From: an uncultured Gemmatimonadota bacterium
GTDB taxonomy: Bacteria; JAAXHH01
Assembly (NCBI GenBank): GCA_951812955.1
Contig: OX638340.1
Coordinates: forward strand, 1,760,001-1,824,000
Length of the DNA: 64,000 bases
Reading direction: 5' to 3'
Positions within the stretch are counted from its first letter, which is position 1. Every line of letters starts with the position of its first letter. The translations under genes and the position numbers were made by a program. The notes under the pieces are model-generated. The model saw only the letters and a list, made by a program, of their open reading frames with translations, was not told the origin of the DNA and did no database searches. Below, piece by piece: positions 26,757 to 37,015 of the stretch.

Positions 26757-27539
26757 TTACTCACACCCCACCCCCACCTCGATCCCGATCGGGCAGTGAT
26801 CCGAACCCATGACGTCCGGCATGATCCACGCGTTGGAGACGGAAGGCATCAGGTCTTCGGTCACGTAGAAGTAATCGATCCGCCAGCCCACATTCCGCTT
26901 TCTCGCTCCGGACATGAGGTGCCACCAGGTATAGTTATCCGGTCCCTCGTCGTATTGCCTGAAGGTATCTACGTACCCCTGTTCGACGATCTTGTCGATC
27001 CAAGCGCGCTCCTTGGGGAGGAACCCGGATATTTTCACGTTGTCCTTGGGGCGGGCGAGGTCGATTTCCCTGTGGGCGGTGTTCACGTCGCCGCAGATGA
27101 CGAGCTTCTTGCCGTCCGCACGCAGCGATTCCCAATGGGCCAGGATGGCCGCGTAGAAATCCATCTTGTACTTCAGCCTTGTCGCATTCTGCTTGCCGTT
27201 CGGAAAATAGACGTTGAACAGCGTGAAATCGGGGTATTCCAGAACCAGTGTCCGGCCTTCGGAATCGAAACGCTCCTCGCCGAATCCCTTGTGCACGCTG
27301 ATGGGCTCGTGGCGTGAGTAGACACCGACTCCGCTGTATCCCTTCTTCTCCGCTTCAGACCAGTAACTTGTGTATCCGTCGACGTCCGTAATCTTGGCAT
27401 CCAGTTGCGATTCCTGGGACTTGGTCTCCTGGATACACAGGATATCGGGTGCCTCGCCCTGCAACCATTCTATGAATCCCTTTTTCGCCACCGCCCTGAC
27501 CCCGTTCACGTTCCAGCTCAACAGTTTCCATGAAGACAT
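26757..27539 (-). CDS. xth: Exodeoxyribonuclease III (Xth), AP endonuclease
   Basis: LLSWNVNGVRA, ILCIQETK, C-terminal SDHCPIGIEV; 260 aa. GC returns to backbone level. First gene right of the island. Confidence 0.92.
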   Translation of the reverse strand: MSSWKLLSWNVNGVRAVAKKGFIEWLQGEAPDILCIQETKSQESQLDAKITDVDGYTSYWSEAEKKGYSGVGVYSRHEPISVHKGFGEERFDSEGRTLVLEYPDFTLFNVYFPNGKQNATRLKYKMDFYAAILAHWESLRADGKKLVICGDVNTAHREIDLARPKDNVKISGFLPKERAWIDKIVEQGYVDTFRQYDEGPDNYTWWHLMSGARKRNVGWRIDYFYVTEDLMPSVSNAWIMPDVMGSDHCPIGIEVGVGCE

Positions 27540-27590
27540 GAATTACACCTTTCCTGGTTAAATCGTAAGTTGGTATGATCCAGTGCTCGG

Positions 27591-29849
27591 TCACAACTGG
27601 CCGGTTTCATCGTCCTTCTGGTCTTCGTTCTCTTGACCATTCAACACCTGCCCATCCGCATCCCGTCCGCTGGTTTCCCGAACCTTCCGGATCACAAACT
27701 CGACGTCCGAGATGCCGGTCTGCTCGATCCGGTCGCCTCTCGCACGGTGGCTGCGTATGGAGAATTCCTCCGCCTTGCGGTAATCCCGGGTCTCGCGCTG
27801 GGACTCGCTTTCCCTGATGATCAACACGATCTCCGGATCGGCTTCCGCCGTGAAAGCCAGCAACTCCGAATCACCCGGCACGAGTTCGTAGAGCTGGTTG
27901 ATCCGGCAGCGATCCATGGCGCAGCGCTTGATGCAGGCGAATCCTTCGAGATCGTGATAGGCGACCGTGAAAACGCGGCCCGGTTCCTCCATGGCGCAGT
28001 ACAGGATATCGAGGTCGACGTACATTTTGTCAAGGGTATTGTGGACGCCCGCGACGCCCCCGGAGCGTACGATCACGACCCGGTCGTAGAGGGAGACATT
28101 GAAGAGTGGCTGGCCGCTCTCGATGGTATAGCCCATGTACCCGGTTTCGGTGTCGTAACGGAGCACCAGGTCCCGGACCGCGGCATCGCGCTCGTCGATG
28201 GGCGTGAAGGGTTTGACCTCCGATCGGCGGGGATGTTCGTCGCGATAGCCGCGTATGAGTTGTTCCAGGAAATCGATCGCGAAGTCCGTCAGGTGATGCA
28301 AGTTGTGGAGCACGGTCTGGAGTTGGCCTTCGATCTCCCGCATCTCTGCCTCCGCCCGGTCGATGCCGTAACGGGTGATGCGATAAATCGGAATGTCCAG
28401 CAGCCGGTCCAGGTCCTCTTTCGTCAGGTTGTCGGCCGTAATCATGTCTTCCACGGCGGCCATGCGCCGCGTCGCGGTCATTTCGTGCCGTATCGCCGAC
28501 ATCAGCGACCTCACCAGGCGTCGATACTCCTCGGGACCATGGCCGATCGCGTCCAGGTTCCGGGCGATCATCTCGCGGCTCGGGCCGTAGTGTTCGAAGG
28601 CCAGGCTGCGGTACACGGTCGTCAGCAGGCTGCGGGCCGCATCGCGGATCTCGGGCGGTGCATCGGATAATTCGTTCATGCCCCGGTCCACCGCGCGAGC
28701 CGTGGTCGAAACCGGGCTGTACTTCGCGATGGCCTCGCGCACGGCGGTGTATACGCCCTCGATGTCCTCGACGTTCTCGATATCCTTGTACACCCGGTTT
28801 TCGATGAATACCTGTTCGAGCCTCCGGGCCCGGAGCCTTGCGCGCAGGTCTCTTTCCTCGATCTTCAGTTCCGCTTCCAGGATCTCCAGCAGCCGGTCCG
28901 TGCTGTGCCGGATCATGTCAGACACGGTCATCACGCGGGGATGGCCGTTGCTGATAACAAGCAGATTAGCGGCGATGGATACCTCGCAGGACGTGAAGGC
29001 GTACAGGCCCCGCAGGATGTCTCCGGTTTCCGCGCCAGGGTCGGTCCGGATCTCGATCTCCACGTCGCCGGTGGTGTAGTCGGTCAATCCCTTTACCGCG
29101 ATGCGCTTCGAACGAGCCGCCTCCTCGATAGATTTCATCAGGCTTTCTGTCGTTTCGCCGAAGGGCAGCGCACGGACCATGACCACGCCATCGTCCCGGG
29201 GCTCCAGCCGCGCGCGGGTATACACGCGCCCGTTTCCGTCTTCATATTCGCCCACATCCATGAGCCCACCGGTGGGGAAGTCTGGGTAGAGATGGAAGGG
29301 CTCCCCCTTGAGGCAGGACACCTGGGCTTCCATGACCTCGATGGGGTTGTGGGGCAGGATGCGGGTGGACATGCCCACGGCGATGCCTTCGGCGCCGAGG
29401 ATGAGCGCCACCGGGATCTTGGCCGGGAAGACCACCGGTTCGCGGGCGCGGCCGTCGTAGGAATCCACGTACTCCGTGATCTCCGGGCTGAGCAGCACCT
29501 CCCGGGCGAGTGGCGTCAACCGGCATTCGATGTAACGCGCCGCCGAGGCCTGCCCGCCCGTGAGCACCGACCCGAAATTGCCCTGCTTGTCGATGAAGAG
29601 GTCCTTGTTGGCCAGCGACACCAGCGCGCCGAATATGGATTGGTCGCCGTGAGGATGGAACTGCATCGTCTGGCCGACGACGTTGGCCACCTTGTGGTAC
29701 TTGCCGTCGTCGATCTCGAATAGGGTGTGGAGGATGCGGCGCTGAACGGGCTTCAGGCCGTCGTCGATTTCCGGAATCGCCCGGTTCTTGACGACGTAGG
29801 TGGCGTATTCGAGGAAATAGCGGTCGTATAGGGTTTCTACATCAGCCAA
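27591..29849 (-). CDS. parC: DNA topoisomerase IV subunit A-like (GyrA/ParC family)
   Basis: AIPEIDDGLKPVQRRILHTL and NVVGQTMQFHPHGDQSIFGALV at the N-terminus, active-site Tyr region ARYIECRLT, 752 aa, no obvious GyrA-box. Acidic C-terminal tail. Confidence 0.75.
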   Translation of the reverse strand: MADVETLYDRYFLEYATYVVKNRAIPEIDDGLKPVQRRILHTLFEIDDGKYHKVANVVGQTMQFHPHGDQSIFGALVSLANKDLFIDKQGNFGSVLTGGQASAARYIECRLTPLAREVLLSPEITEYVDSYDGRAREPVVFPAKIPVALILGAEGIAVGMSTRILPHNPIEVMEAQVSCLKGEPFHLYPDFPTGGLMDVGEYEDGNGRVYTRARLEPRDDGVVMVRALPFGETTESLMKSIEEAARSKRIAVKGLTDYTTGDVEIEIRTDPGAETGDILRGLYAFTSCEVSIAANLLVISNGHPRVMTVSDMIRHSTDRLLEILEAELKIEERDLRARLRARRLEQVFIENRVYKDIENVEDIEGVYTAVREAIAKYSPVSTTARAVDRGMNELSDAPPEIRDAARSLLTTVYRSLAFEHYGPSREMIARNLDAIGHGPEEYRRLVRSLMSAIRHEMTATRRMAAVEDMITADNLTKEDLDRLLDIPIYRITRYGIDRAEAEMREIEGQLQTVLHNLHHLTDFAIDFLEQLIRGYRDEHPRRSEVKPFTPIDERDAAVRDLVLRYDTETGYMGYTIESGQPLFNVSLYDRVVIVRSGGVAGVHNTLDKMYVDLDILYCAMEEPGRVFTVAYHDLEGFACIKRCAMDRCRINQLYELVPGDSELLAFTAEADPEIVLIIRESESQRETRDYRKAEEFSIRSHRARGDRIEQTGISDVEFVIRKVRETSGRDADGQVLNGQENEDQKDDETGQL

Positions 29850-30179
29850 GATCAGGCCCCTGTAGAGGTACGGACGCGTATCGAATTCCGATCGAATGCG
29901 AGCCGGAATCTGTACAGGCGCCAGCTGGAAACCGTACAGGCGCGGACCAGATTCCGGTGGAATAAAACAATCGCTGTATTGAACTTATACGTTTAAGTGC
30001 CGAAATACAATACATTTGTAGTGTGTCGCTCTTACACTTCAAGCTCGTTTTCACATTGCCCGGCGGTTCCATTCACATGCATAATGGACGAGGATATACG
30101 TGGGATATACCCCACCTGACCGACAAACCTGTCAATCCAGCCAACCACCGGCCGCGGCGAACCAAGGAGCGAAATTCCC

Positions 30180-32039
30180 ATGCCTTCACCCTGGGAACGA
30201 ATCGAAGAGAAGATTTACCGATTTCAGGATAGCTGCATCGTTTACGCCGTCGAGGGCACGGAAGGCGTCGTGCTCGTAAACGCCGGTACGGGCCTGGCCG
30301 CGGACCATCTCGACGAAATCGCACGGGGCAGGCCGGTAACGGTACTCCTCACCCATCATTTCCGGGACCACACGGACGGCGCCATTCGGCTCCATGGAAA
30401 GGGAGCGCGGATACTCGGTCCGTACTGGGACCAGGAGTACCTCGTCGATCCCGAACAGCACTTCAGGGAACGCCAGCAATGGAACTCGTACGACAACCGG
30501 TGGGACCGCTTCTCGCCCGTCCGGCCCGTGCCCGTCGACGCCTGGATGATGGATTGTGAAACGCGCGATATCGCGGGGCGGTTGTGGGAGGTCGTACCCA
30601 CGCCGGGTATGACCAACGGCGCGAGCAGCTACATGGTCACAGTCGATGGCAGGCGAATTGGATTTGTCGGCGAGGTGATCTGCGGGACCGGGAAGACGAC
30701 CCGGCTGGCACCGCTGCAGTACAACTACAACGACTACACGGGGGCATGGAATCTGTACCACGCGGCCAATCGGCTGCTCGAGACGGGGGCGGACCGGCTG
30801 CTCCCGAGCCTGGGAGATCCGGTGGATGATCCGGCCACCGCCATCGCGGCCTTCAAGGCCAACCTCCGGCGCCTCGAAGAGATTTCTCCCGGGGTGGCAG
30901 GACCACTGGAAGATCCGGACGAGGACGATATCGAAGAAGTGCTGCCCCACCTGTACCGGTCGAAATACGCCGGCGCGGAGACCCATTTCGTGCTGAGCGA
31001 CACGGGCAAGATCATGTCCATCGACTACGGCTACAACCTGAAGACCGGTTTCCAGCCAGGTAAATCCCACGTATCCAATCGCCGCCCGATCCTGCACGGT
31101 ATCAGCGGGCTCAGGAAGCGCTTCGGGATCGACCGAATCGACGCGACACTCGTCTCCCATTTCCACGACGACCACGTCAACGGGATCCCTATGCTCCAGC
31201 GTCTCTACGGGACGGAAGTCCTGGCGGGCGAACAGTTCAGCGACCTGCTCGTAAACCCGGTCAAGTACGACCGGCCCTGCCTCTGGCACGAGCCCATCAA
31301 CGTGTCGCGGCACATCCCCAACGAAACGACGGTCCACTGGGAGAACATCCCCATCACGCTGTATCCCATGTCCGGCCATACCCGCTTCGCCACGATGATC
31401 TGCATGGAGATCGACGGTACGCGCGTGGTCCACACCGGCGACCAGGCCTTCTTCGACGCGGAGGGTGGGGTGGGCTACCAGCCCGGCGCGCGCATGTTCA
31501 CCAACCACGTGTACAAGAATGGTCTCGACCTCGGATGCTACAAAAGTTTCCTGGAGGACCTCAAACGGTTCGAGCCGGAACTGGTCATCACGGGTCACAC
31601 CCGGCCGTACCGCACGTCCCCCGAATGGTACGCGGAGATCAACCGTGCCGCGGAAGCCTTTGACGATGTGCACCGCACGCTCATGCTGCTGGAAGACGAC
31701 GAGGCTCATTTCGGCGCCGAGTCCCAGGGCGGCAAGCTGGTTCCCTACCGCGTCCACGCGCCGGAGGGCGGCCCCATCGAATTTAGCGGTTGGGTACTCA
31801 ATCCGTTCCCGACGGAACAACCGGCGCGCATACGACTCGTGGGTCCTGAAGGCTGGCAGAGCGAGACGGTCACACTGTCCCTGGGTCCGCGGGAACAGAA
31901 GGATATACACCTCGTGCTGCACGTTCCTGAAGGTACCCGGTGCCGGCGGCAACCCGTGGCGCTGAACCTGACCGTAGGGGGCCGGCCCTTCGGGCAGGTG
32001 ACCGAAGCCCTGGTGACGGTGGGCATGCCGAAGTGGTGA
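30180..32039 (+). CDS. MBL-fold metallo-hydrolase with two tandem MBL domains
   Basis: Two His-cluster metal motifs, LLTHHFRDHTDG and LVSHFHDDHVNG; 619 aa. Confidence 0.7.
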   Translation: MPSPWERIEEKIYRFQDSCIVYAVEGTEGVVLVNAGTGLAADHLDEIARGRPVTVLLTHHFRDHTDGAIRLHGKGARILGPYWDQEYLVDPEQHFRERQQWNSYDNRWDRFSPVRPVPVDAWMMDCETRDIAGRLWEVVPTPGMTNGASSYMVTVDGRRIGFVGEVICGTGKTTRLAPLQYNYNDYTGAWNLYHAANRLLETGADRLLPSLGDPVDDPATAIAAFKANLRRLEEISPGVAGPLEDPDEDDIEEVLPHLYRSKYAGAETHFVLSDTGKIMSIDYGYNLKTGFQPGKSHVSNRRPILHGISGLRKRFGIDRIDATLVSHFHDDHVNGIPMLQRLYGTEVLAGEQFSDLLVNPVKYDRPCLWHEPINVSRHIPNETTVHWENIPITLYPMSGHTRFATMICMEIDGTRVVHTGDQAFFDAEGGVGYQPGARMFTNHVYKNGLDLGCYKSFLEDLKRFEPELVITGHTRPYRTSPEWYAEINRAAEAFDDVHRTLMLLEDDEAHFGAESQGGKLVPYRVHAPEGGPIEFSGWVLNPFPTEQPARIRLVGPEGWQSETVTLSLGPREQKDIHLVLHVPEGTRCRRQPVALNLTVGGRPFGQVTEALVTVGMPKW

Positions 32040-32117
32040 AGCAGTCGAAGTAGATGCCCTGTTTTACTTAAATATTTGAACCTTAAGATAAAGTTAATCA
32101 ATAGAAAGGGAACTTCC

Positions 32118-33200
32118 ATGATCGGACAGACCAGCCTGGCATCGCTGCCTTCGCTGCGATCCTATGAAAGTCACCGCATATCCAGCTGGAACCACTCCGG
32201 CGAAAATGCCGACAGCTGGCGGATCGAGGCCGGTGAAAAACGCGTGATTGGCGAAATCAACGGCCCGGGCTGCATCAAGCACCTCTGGATGACGCTGGGT
32301 CTCCAGGCGGAGGACTATTGCCGCCGTATCGTGCTGCGCATGTACTGGGACGGATGCGCCGAACCGAGCGTGGAATGTCCTATCGGCGATTTCTTCGGCC
32401 TGGGGCACGGCATGCGGAAGGATTTCATCACCGCGCCTCTGCAGATGAGCCCGCAGGATGGGAAAGGCTTCAACTCGTGGTGGCCCATGCCCTTCAGGGA
32501 GAAGGCCGTGCTGGAGGTGGAGAACCAGGGCGACGAAGGATACAATCACTATTTCTACATCGACTACGAGACCTATCCCACGGTAGAAGCAGTGGCGGAC
32601 CAGGCGTATTTCCACGTGCAATGGCGCCGGGAAGTCAATACGAGGGGTTGGGCCTACGAGGAAGGGTTGAAGCCGGCCGAGTACCGGAACGATCCGCGCT
32701 GGTATAATAAAAGCGACAGCGAAAACTACGTCATGTGCGACATCGAAGGAGACGGAATCTATTGCGGCGCACACCTGGACATCGACTGCTTCCAGCGCAA
32801 TCCGAACGACTGGTACGGCGAGGGCGACGACATGATGTTCATCGACGGCGAGGCGTGGCCGCCTTCGCTCCACGGGACCGGTACGGAGGACTGGTACCAC
32901 TGCGCCTACTGTCCGACTGAAGAGTACAACGCGCCCTATCACGGCATCATTCTATACAGCGGCACCGACGCATGGCGGTGGAAGGGCAAGAACACGGTCT
33001 ATCGCTACCACATCGAGGATCCGATCCGGTTTCGTGAGAGCTTCCGCATTTCCATCGAACACGGACATGCAAACAAGCTGAGCAACGACTACGCCAGCAC
33101 GGCCTATTACTACCTGTCCGAACCGCGGCGCGGTGGCCCAGCCCTTTTGCCGGTCGAAGCGAGGTTGCCTCGGCCGGACGAGGCGAAATACGGCGGGTGA
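32118..33200 (+). CDS. DUF2961/GH172-like protein (paralog 1 of a tandem pair)
   Basis: Trimmed to ATG 32118 (MIGQTSLASLP), which matches the start of paralog 2. Motifs DWYGEGDDMMFIDGE and HGTGTEDWYH. Family assignment is tentative. Confidence 0.5.
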   Translation: MIGQTSLASLPSLRSYESHRISSWNHSGENADSWRIEAGEKRVIGEINGPGCIKHLWMTLGLQAEDYCRRIVLRMYWDGCAEPSVECPIGDFFGLGHGMRKDFITAPLQMSPQDGKGFNSWWPMPFREKAVLEVENQGDEGYNHYFYIDYETYPTVEAVADQAYFHVQWRREVNTRGWAYEEGLKPAEYRNDPRWYNKSDSENYVMCDIEGDGIYCGAHLDIDCFQRNPNDWYGEGDDMMFIDGEAWPPSLHGTGTEDWYHCAYCPTEEYNAPYHGIILYSGTDAWRWKGKNTVYRYHIEDPIRFRESFRISIEHGHANKLSNDYASTAYYYLSEPRRGGPALLPVEARLPRPDEAKYGG

Positions 33201-33310
33201 CCGACAGTTCGCGGCAGTTTGCGCGTCCGAATAAAGTGAAATACGGAGAATGACCGGCGATCAGCACGGTAAAATCAAGGTCCGCCATTGCAGTCCACAA
33301 GGGAGGAATC

Positions 33311-34390
33311 ATGATCGGCCAGACCAGCCTGGCGTCGCTGCCAACGCTTCGCACCTACGAAAGCCACCGGATTTCAAGCTGGGAAGAGAACGGGGCCAAT
33401 ACCGACGCCTGGCGGATCGAGGCCGGCGAGAAACGCGTCATCGGGCAGATCGATGGGCCGGGGTGCATAAAGCATATCTGGATGACACTCGGTATTCCCG
33501 CGGAAGACTACTGCCGCCGTATCGTGCTGCGCGTTTACTGGGACGGGGCCGCGGAACCGAGCGTGGAATGTCCCATCGGCGATTTCTTCGGACTCGGCCA
33601 CGGCATGCGCAAGGATTTCATCACCGCGCCGCTCCAGATGAGTCCGCAGGACGGAAAGGGATTCAACTCCTGGTGGCCCATGCCGTTTATGGAAAAGGCC
33701 GTTATCGAGATAGAAAACCAGGGCGACGAAGGCTACTTTCACTACTTCTACATCGACTACGAAACGTATCCCACCGTTGACGCGGTGGCCGATCAGGCGT
33801 ATTTTCACGTGCAGTGGCGCAGGGAAGCCGATACGAAGGGATGGGCCTTCGAAGAAGAGCTCAATCCCGACGTATATCGCAACGACCCTCGCTGGCTGAA
33901 TACGAGCGACAGCGAGAACTATGTCATCTGCGACGTCGAGGGCGACGGTATATACTGCGGAGCCCACCTGGACATCGACTGCTTTCAGCGCAACCCGAAC
34001 GACTGGTACGGCGAAGGCGATGACATGATGTTCATCGACGGCGAGTCGTGGCCGCCCTCGTTGCACGGGACCGGCACCGAAGACTGGTATCACGGTGCAT
34101 ATGGCCCGACGACGGAATTCCAGGCGCCCTATCACGGGATCATTCTCTACAGCGGAAACCCCAACTGGAGGTTCAAAGGCAAGAACACCGTCTACCGGTA
34201 TCATATCGAAGATCCGATCCGGTTTAAAAAGAGTTTCCGCATGTCCATCGAACACGGGCACGCGAACAAGCTGAGTAACGATTACGCCAGCACGGCCTAC
34301 TACTACCTCTCCGCGCCACGGCAAGGCGGCCCGGTTCTCTTGCCGGTCGAAGAACGCCTCCCGCGGCCTGACGAACAGCAGTACGGTTGA
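33311..34390 (+). CDS. DUF2961/GH172-like protein (paralog 2)
   Basis: Alignable end to end with paralog 1 (MIGQTSLASLP..., VECPIGDFFGLGHGMRKDFITAPLQMSPQDGKGFNSWWPMPF identical). Confidence 0.5.
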   Translation: MIGQTSLASLPTLRTYESHRISSWEENGANTDAWRIEAGEKRVIGQIDGPGCIKHIWMTLGIPAEDYCRRIVLRVYWDGAAEPSVECPIGDFFGLGHGMRKDFITAPLQMSPQDGKGFNSWWPMPFMEKAVIEIENQGDEGYFHYFYIDYETYPTVDAVADQAYFHVQWRREADTKGWAFEEELNPDVYRNDPRWLNTSDSENYVICDVEGDGIYCGAHLDIDCFQRNPNDWYGEGDDMMFIDGESWPPSLHGTGTEDWYHGAYGPTTEFQAPYHGIILYSGNPNWRFKGKNTVYRYHIEDPIRFKKSFRMSIEHGHANKLSNDYASTAYYYLSAPRQGGPVLLPVEERLPRPDEQQYG

Positions 34391-34455
34391 CGGTAAATCG
34401 ACACCAGGCCGAAAGGCTGGCCAATCAACACGGCTAACGGCAACCAGTACAATAA

Positions 34456-35322
34456 ATGGAGGACCCCATGCTACCCCAGGAGCAGGTTGAATTCTACCAT
34501 GAGAATGGTTACCTGACCGTTGATAAAGTGCTTTCGGACGCCGAGGTCGTGGATCTGCAACGGGTGACCGACGAATTCGTCGAAAAATCCGCCGCTTTCA
34601 CCGAACACACGGACTTGTACGATCTCGAGCCCAATCATACTCCGCACGATCCGAAGGTGCGCCGTTTGAAGAGCCCGATCGAGCACCACGACGTATACAT
34701 GCGCACGATCAAGCACGACGGGATCCTCGACATCGTGGCGCAGTTGGTCGGCGACGGTATTCGAACCAACGGCAACAAGCTGAACATGAAGTCCGCTGAT
34801 TACGGCAGCCCGGTGGAATGGCACCAGGACTGGGCCTTCTACCCCCATACCAACGACGATATCCTGGCCGTGGGCGTCTGCATCGACGAAATGAACGAAG
34901 CGAACGGTGCCCTGCTGGTCATACCCGGTTCGCACAAGGGTCCGACCTACGACCACCACCAGCACGGCCGGTTCTGCGGCGCCGTGACCGATTCGGATTT
35001 CATTCCCGAAAACGTCGTGGCCCTGGAAGTTCCGGCGGGCGGCATCTCGATCCACCACGTGCGGACCCTGCACGGCTCGGCGCCCAACTATTCCGGCGCG
35101 CCCCGACGCCTGCTCCTGTTTCAATACGCTGCCGCCGATGCCTGGCCATTGTCCGGCGCGGGCGACTGGGATGCCTTCAACGGAAACCTGCTCCGGGGAG
35201 AACCGACCAACGAACCGCGCATGGCCGACCTGCCCGTCCGCATGCCCTTGCCCGGGGCTGAACGCGGGGGTTCCATATACGAGAACCAGTCGGTCCTCGA
35301 GAACAAGACCTGGGCCCGGTAG
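34456..35322 (+). CDS. Phytanoyl-CoA dioxygenase (PhyH) family protein
   Basis: EWHQDWAFYP (H-x-D), later HHVRTLHGSAPN; PhyH-like N-terminus (QVEFYHENGYLTVDKVLS). Confidence 0.75.
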   Translation: MEDPMLPQEQVEFYHENGYLTVDKVLSDAEVVDLQRVTDEFVEKSAAFTEHTDLYDLEPNHTPHDPKVRRLKSPIEHHDVYMRTIKHDGILDIVAQLVGDGIRTNGNKLNMKSADYGSPVEWHQDWAFYPHTNDDILAVGVCIDEMNEANGALLVIPGSHKGPTYDHHQHGRFCGAVTDSDFIPENVVALEVPAGGISIHHVRTLHGSAPNYSGAPRRLLLFQYAAADAWPLSGAGDWDAFNGNLLRGEPTNEPRMADLPVRMPLPGAERGGSIYENQSVLENKTWAR

Positions 35323-35365
35323 AACCTGGGCATGGGGTACGCGGCCCAATAAAGGACGCTGAGCG

Positions 35366-35863
35366 GTGAACGACTCGGCCCAAAGTGACGCGGATCACGT
35401 GAAACACACGGATCGCACGGATCGAACCGATCGAGCGGATCGAATGGGCCAAAACGACCAGACCGGTCACCATCATCCCATCTTGTTCTTCGACGGCGTG
35501 TGCGGCCTGTGCAACGGTTTCGTAGATCTGTTACTGAAGGCAGATACCCAGGATCGGTTCAGATTCTCGCCATTACAGGGTGAAACCGCGCATCGCATGC
35601 TGGGGCCGCAGGATCATGCAGGCGGCCCCCATTCCTTCGTTTACCTGGAAAACGACCATATCCACGAGCAGTCTAACGCGGTTTTACTCGCCCTGAGCCG
35701 ATTGGGCGGAGCCTGGCGGCTGCTCGACCTGCTTTACATATTTCCTCGTCCATTTCGGGATTTCGTCTACCGCATCGTTGCGCGAAACCGGTACCGCTGG
35801 TTTGGCAGGCACGACGAGTGCCGCATACCCGCGCCGGAAGAGCGAGAACGGTTTCTGCTGTGA
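35366..35863 (+). CDS. Thiol-disulfide oxidoreductase DCC family protein (DUF393)
   Basis: ILFFDGVCGLCNGFVDLLLKAD is the DCC-family CxxC signature. Start probably internal (about 35444). The N-terminal extension carries TDRTDRTDRADR from 9-nt tandem repeats. Confidence 0.65.
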   Translation: MNDSAQSDADHVKHTDRTDRTDRADRMGQNDQTGHHHPILFFDGVCGLCNGFVDLLLKADTQDRFRFSPLQGETAHRMLGPQDHAGGPHSFVYLENDHIHEQSNAVLLALSRLGGAWRLLDLLYIFPRPFRDFVYRIVARNRYRWFGRHDECRIPAPEERERFLL

Positions 35864-35941
35864 CGAGTGGTATAGGTTTTTTAACCGAGAACAGCCGGCT
35901 CGGTCATCACACACCAGGCCATCCTACAAATCTATTTCACC

Positions 35942-36811
35942 ATGACGGCGAGATTCACGTCCGATAACCATCCCTTCATAACGCCCGATCTGGTCAACGC
36001 GCTACCGAGCAAGCCCGCTGACGTCCGTTCTTCGTACGGTCAGGCGCTATCTCAGTTCGGCGAACTGCGCTTACCGAAGGGTGACGGTCCCCATCCTGTG
36101 GCGACCGTCCTGCACGGCGGATGCTGGCTGTCGCTTTATGCCGACCTGCATAACGCGGACGCGCTGGCAGACGCGCTGAGAGACGAGGGCATAGCGACCT
36201 GGAACGTTGAGTACCGATGCGTGGACCAGGACGGCGGTGGATGGCCAGGGACATTTCTCGACGCAGGGCGGGCGACGGACCACCTTCGGACGCTTGCCGC
36301 CGACCACGACCTCGATCTGGACCGTGTGATCACGCTGGGCCACTCGGCGGGCGGTCACCTGGCGCTGTGGACGGCCGCGCGCCACAGGTTGCCGCGAAAC
36401 AGCCCGCTCTGGACCGCCGATCCTTTGCCGCTCCGAGGCGCCGTGGTCCTGGCGGGTCCTGGAGATCTTAAAAGTTTTACGCCCCATGCAGATGCGGAAT
36501 GCCGGCAGGGCGTCGTGTCGGAACTGCTTGGCGGATCGGGCGTATCACTGGACGAGATGGAAGAAAGGTATCTATGCGGATCACCTGCTGAATTGCTGCC
36601 TCTTGGCCTGCGGCAGATCCTGATCAGCGCGGAACACGACTGGGTCGTGCCGCCCGATCTGGGAGAAGCTTACGCGGAGACCGCGCGGGATGCTGGAGAC
36701 GATATCGAACACCTGGTCGTTCCGGACGCCGGTCACCATGAGTTCATGGTTCCGGGTTCTGTGACCTGGCCGGCCGTACTTGGGGCGGTACGGACATTGC
36801 TTGAAACCTGA
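35942..36811 (+). CDS. Alpha/beta hydrolase (esterase/lipase-like, HGG plus GxSxG)
   Basis: HGGCW oxyanion-hole motif, GHSAGGHLAL nucleophile elbow, C-terminal DAGHHEF. Confidence 0.7.
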   Translation: MTARFTSDNHPFITPDLVNALPSKPADVRSSYGQALSQFGELRLPKGDGPHPVATVLHGGCWLSLYADLHNADALADALRDEGIATWNVEYRCVDQDGGGWPGTFLDAGRATDHLRTLAADHDLDLDRVITLGHSAGGHLALWTAARHRLPRNSPLWTADPLPLRGAVVLAGPGDLKSFTPHADAECRQGVVSELLGGSGVSLDEMEERYLCGSPAELLPLGLRQILISAEHDWVVPPDLGEAYAETARDAGDDIEHLVVPDAGHHEFMVPGSVTWPAVLGAVRTLLET

Positions 36812-37015
36812 GTAGGCGTGGCGCAAGATGGCGTGGTGCATGACGGACCAGCCGGAGGACTGCTGGAGAAAGCTGTGAGGGCCCGGCTGAAGGAGTTGGA
36901 GGCTTCGGCCGAATATCCTGGTCGCCCACGTCTTTACGAACGACCTCTACGAACGACCCGAATGACCCGAACCACCTCTTCGAACGTCACTACGAACTAC
37001 CTCAACGTACGAACC

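Noticed and set aside
30186-31952. 588-aa minus-strand ORF opposite the tandem-MBL hydrolase
   Set aside because: Mirror ORF of a motif-supported gene in high-GC sequence.
33374-34324. 316-aa minus-strand ORF, with a similar one at 32094..32942, opposite the tandem paralog pair
   Set aside because: Mirror ORFs. The + strand proteins are mutually paralogous and carry conserved motifs; the minus frames carry none.
34471-35349. 292-aa minus-strand ORF opposite the PhyH gene
   Set aside because: Mirror ORF of a motif-supported dioxygenase.
36890-36990. Reiterated tacgaacgac / acgaac motifs between the alpha/beta hydrolase and GNAT genes
   Set aside because: Short low-complexity reiteration in a convergent intergenic region, with no hairpin or coding potential evident. 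Probably slippage debris; noted but not treated as a functional element.
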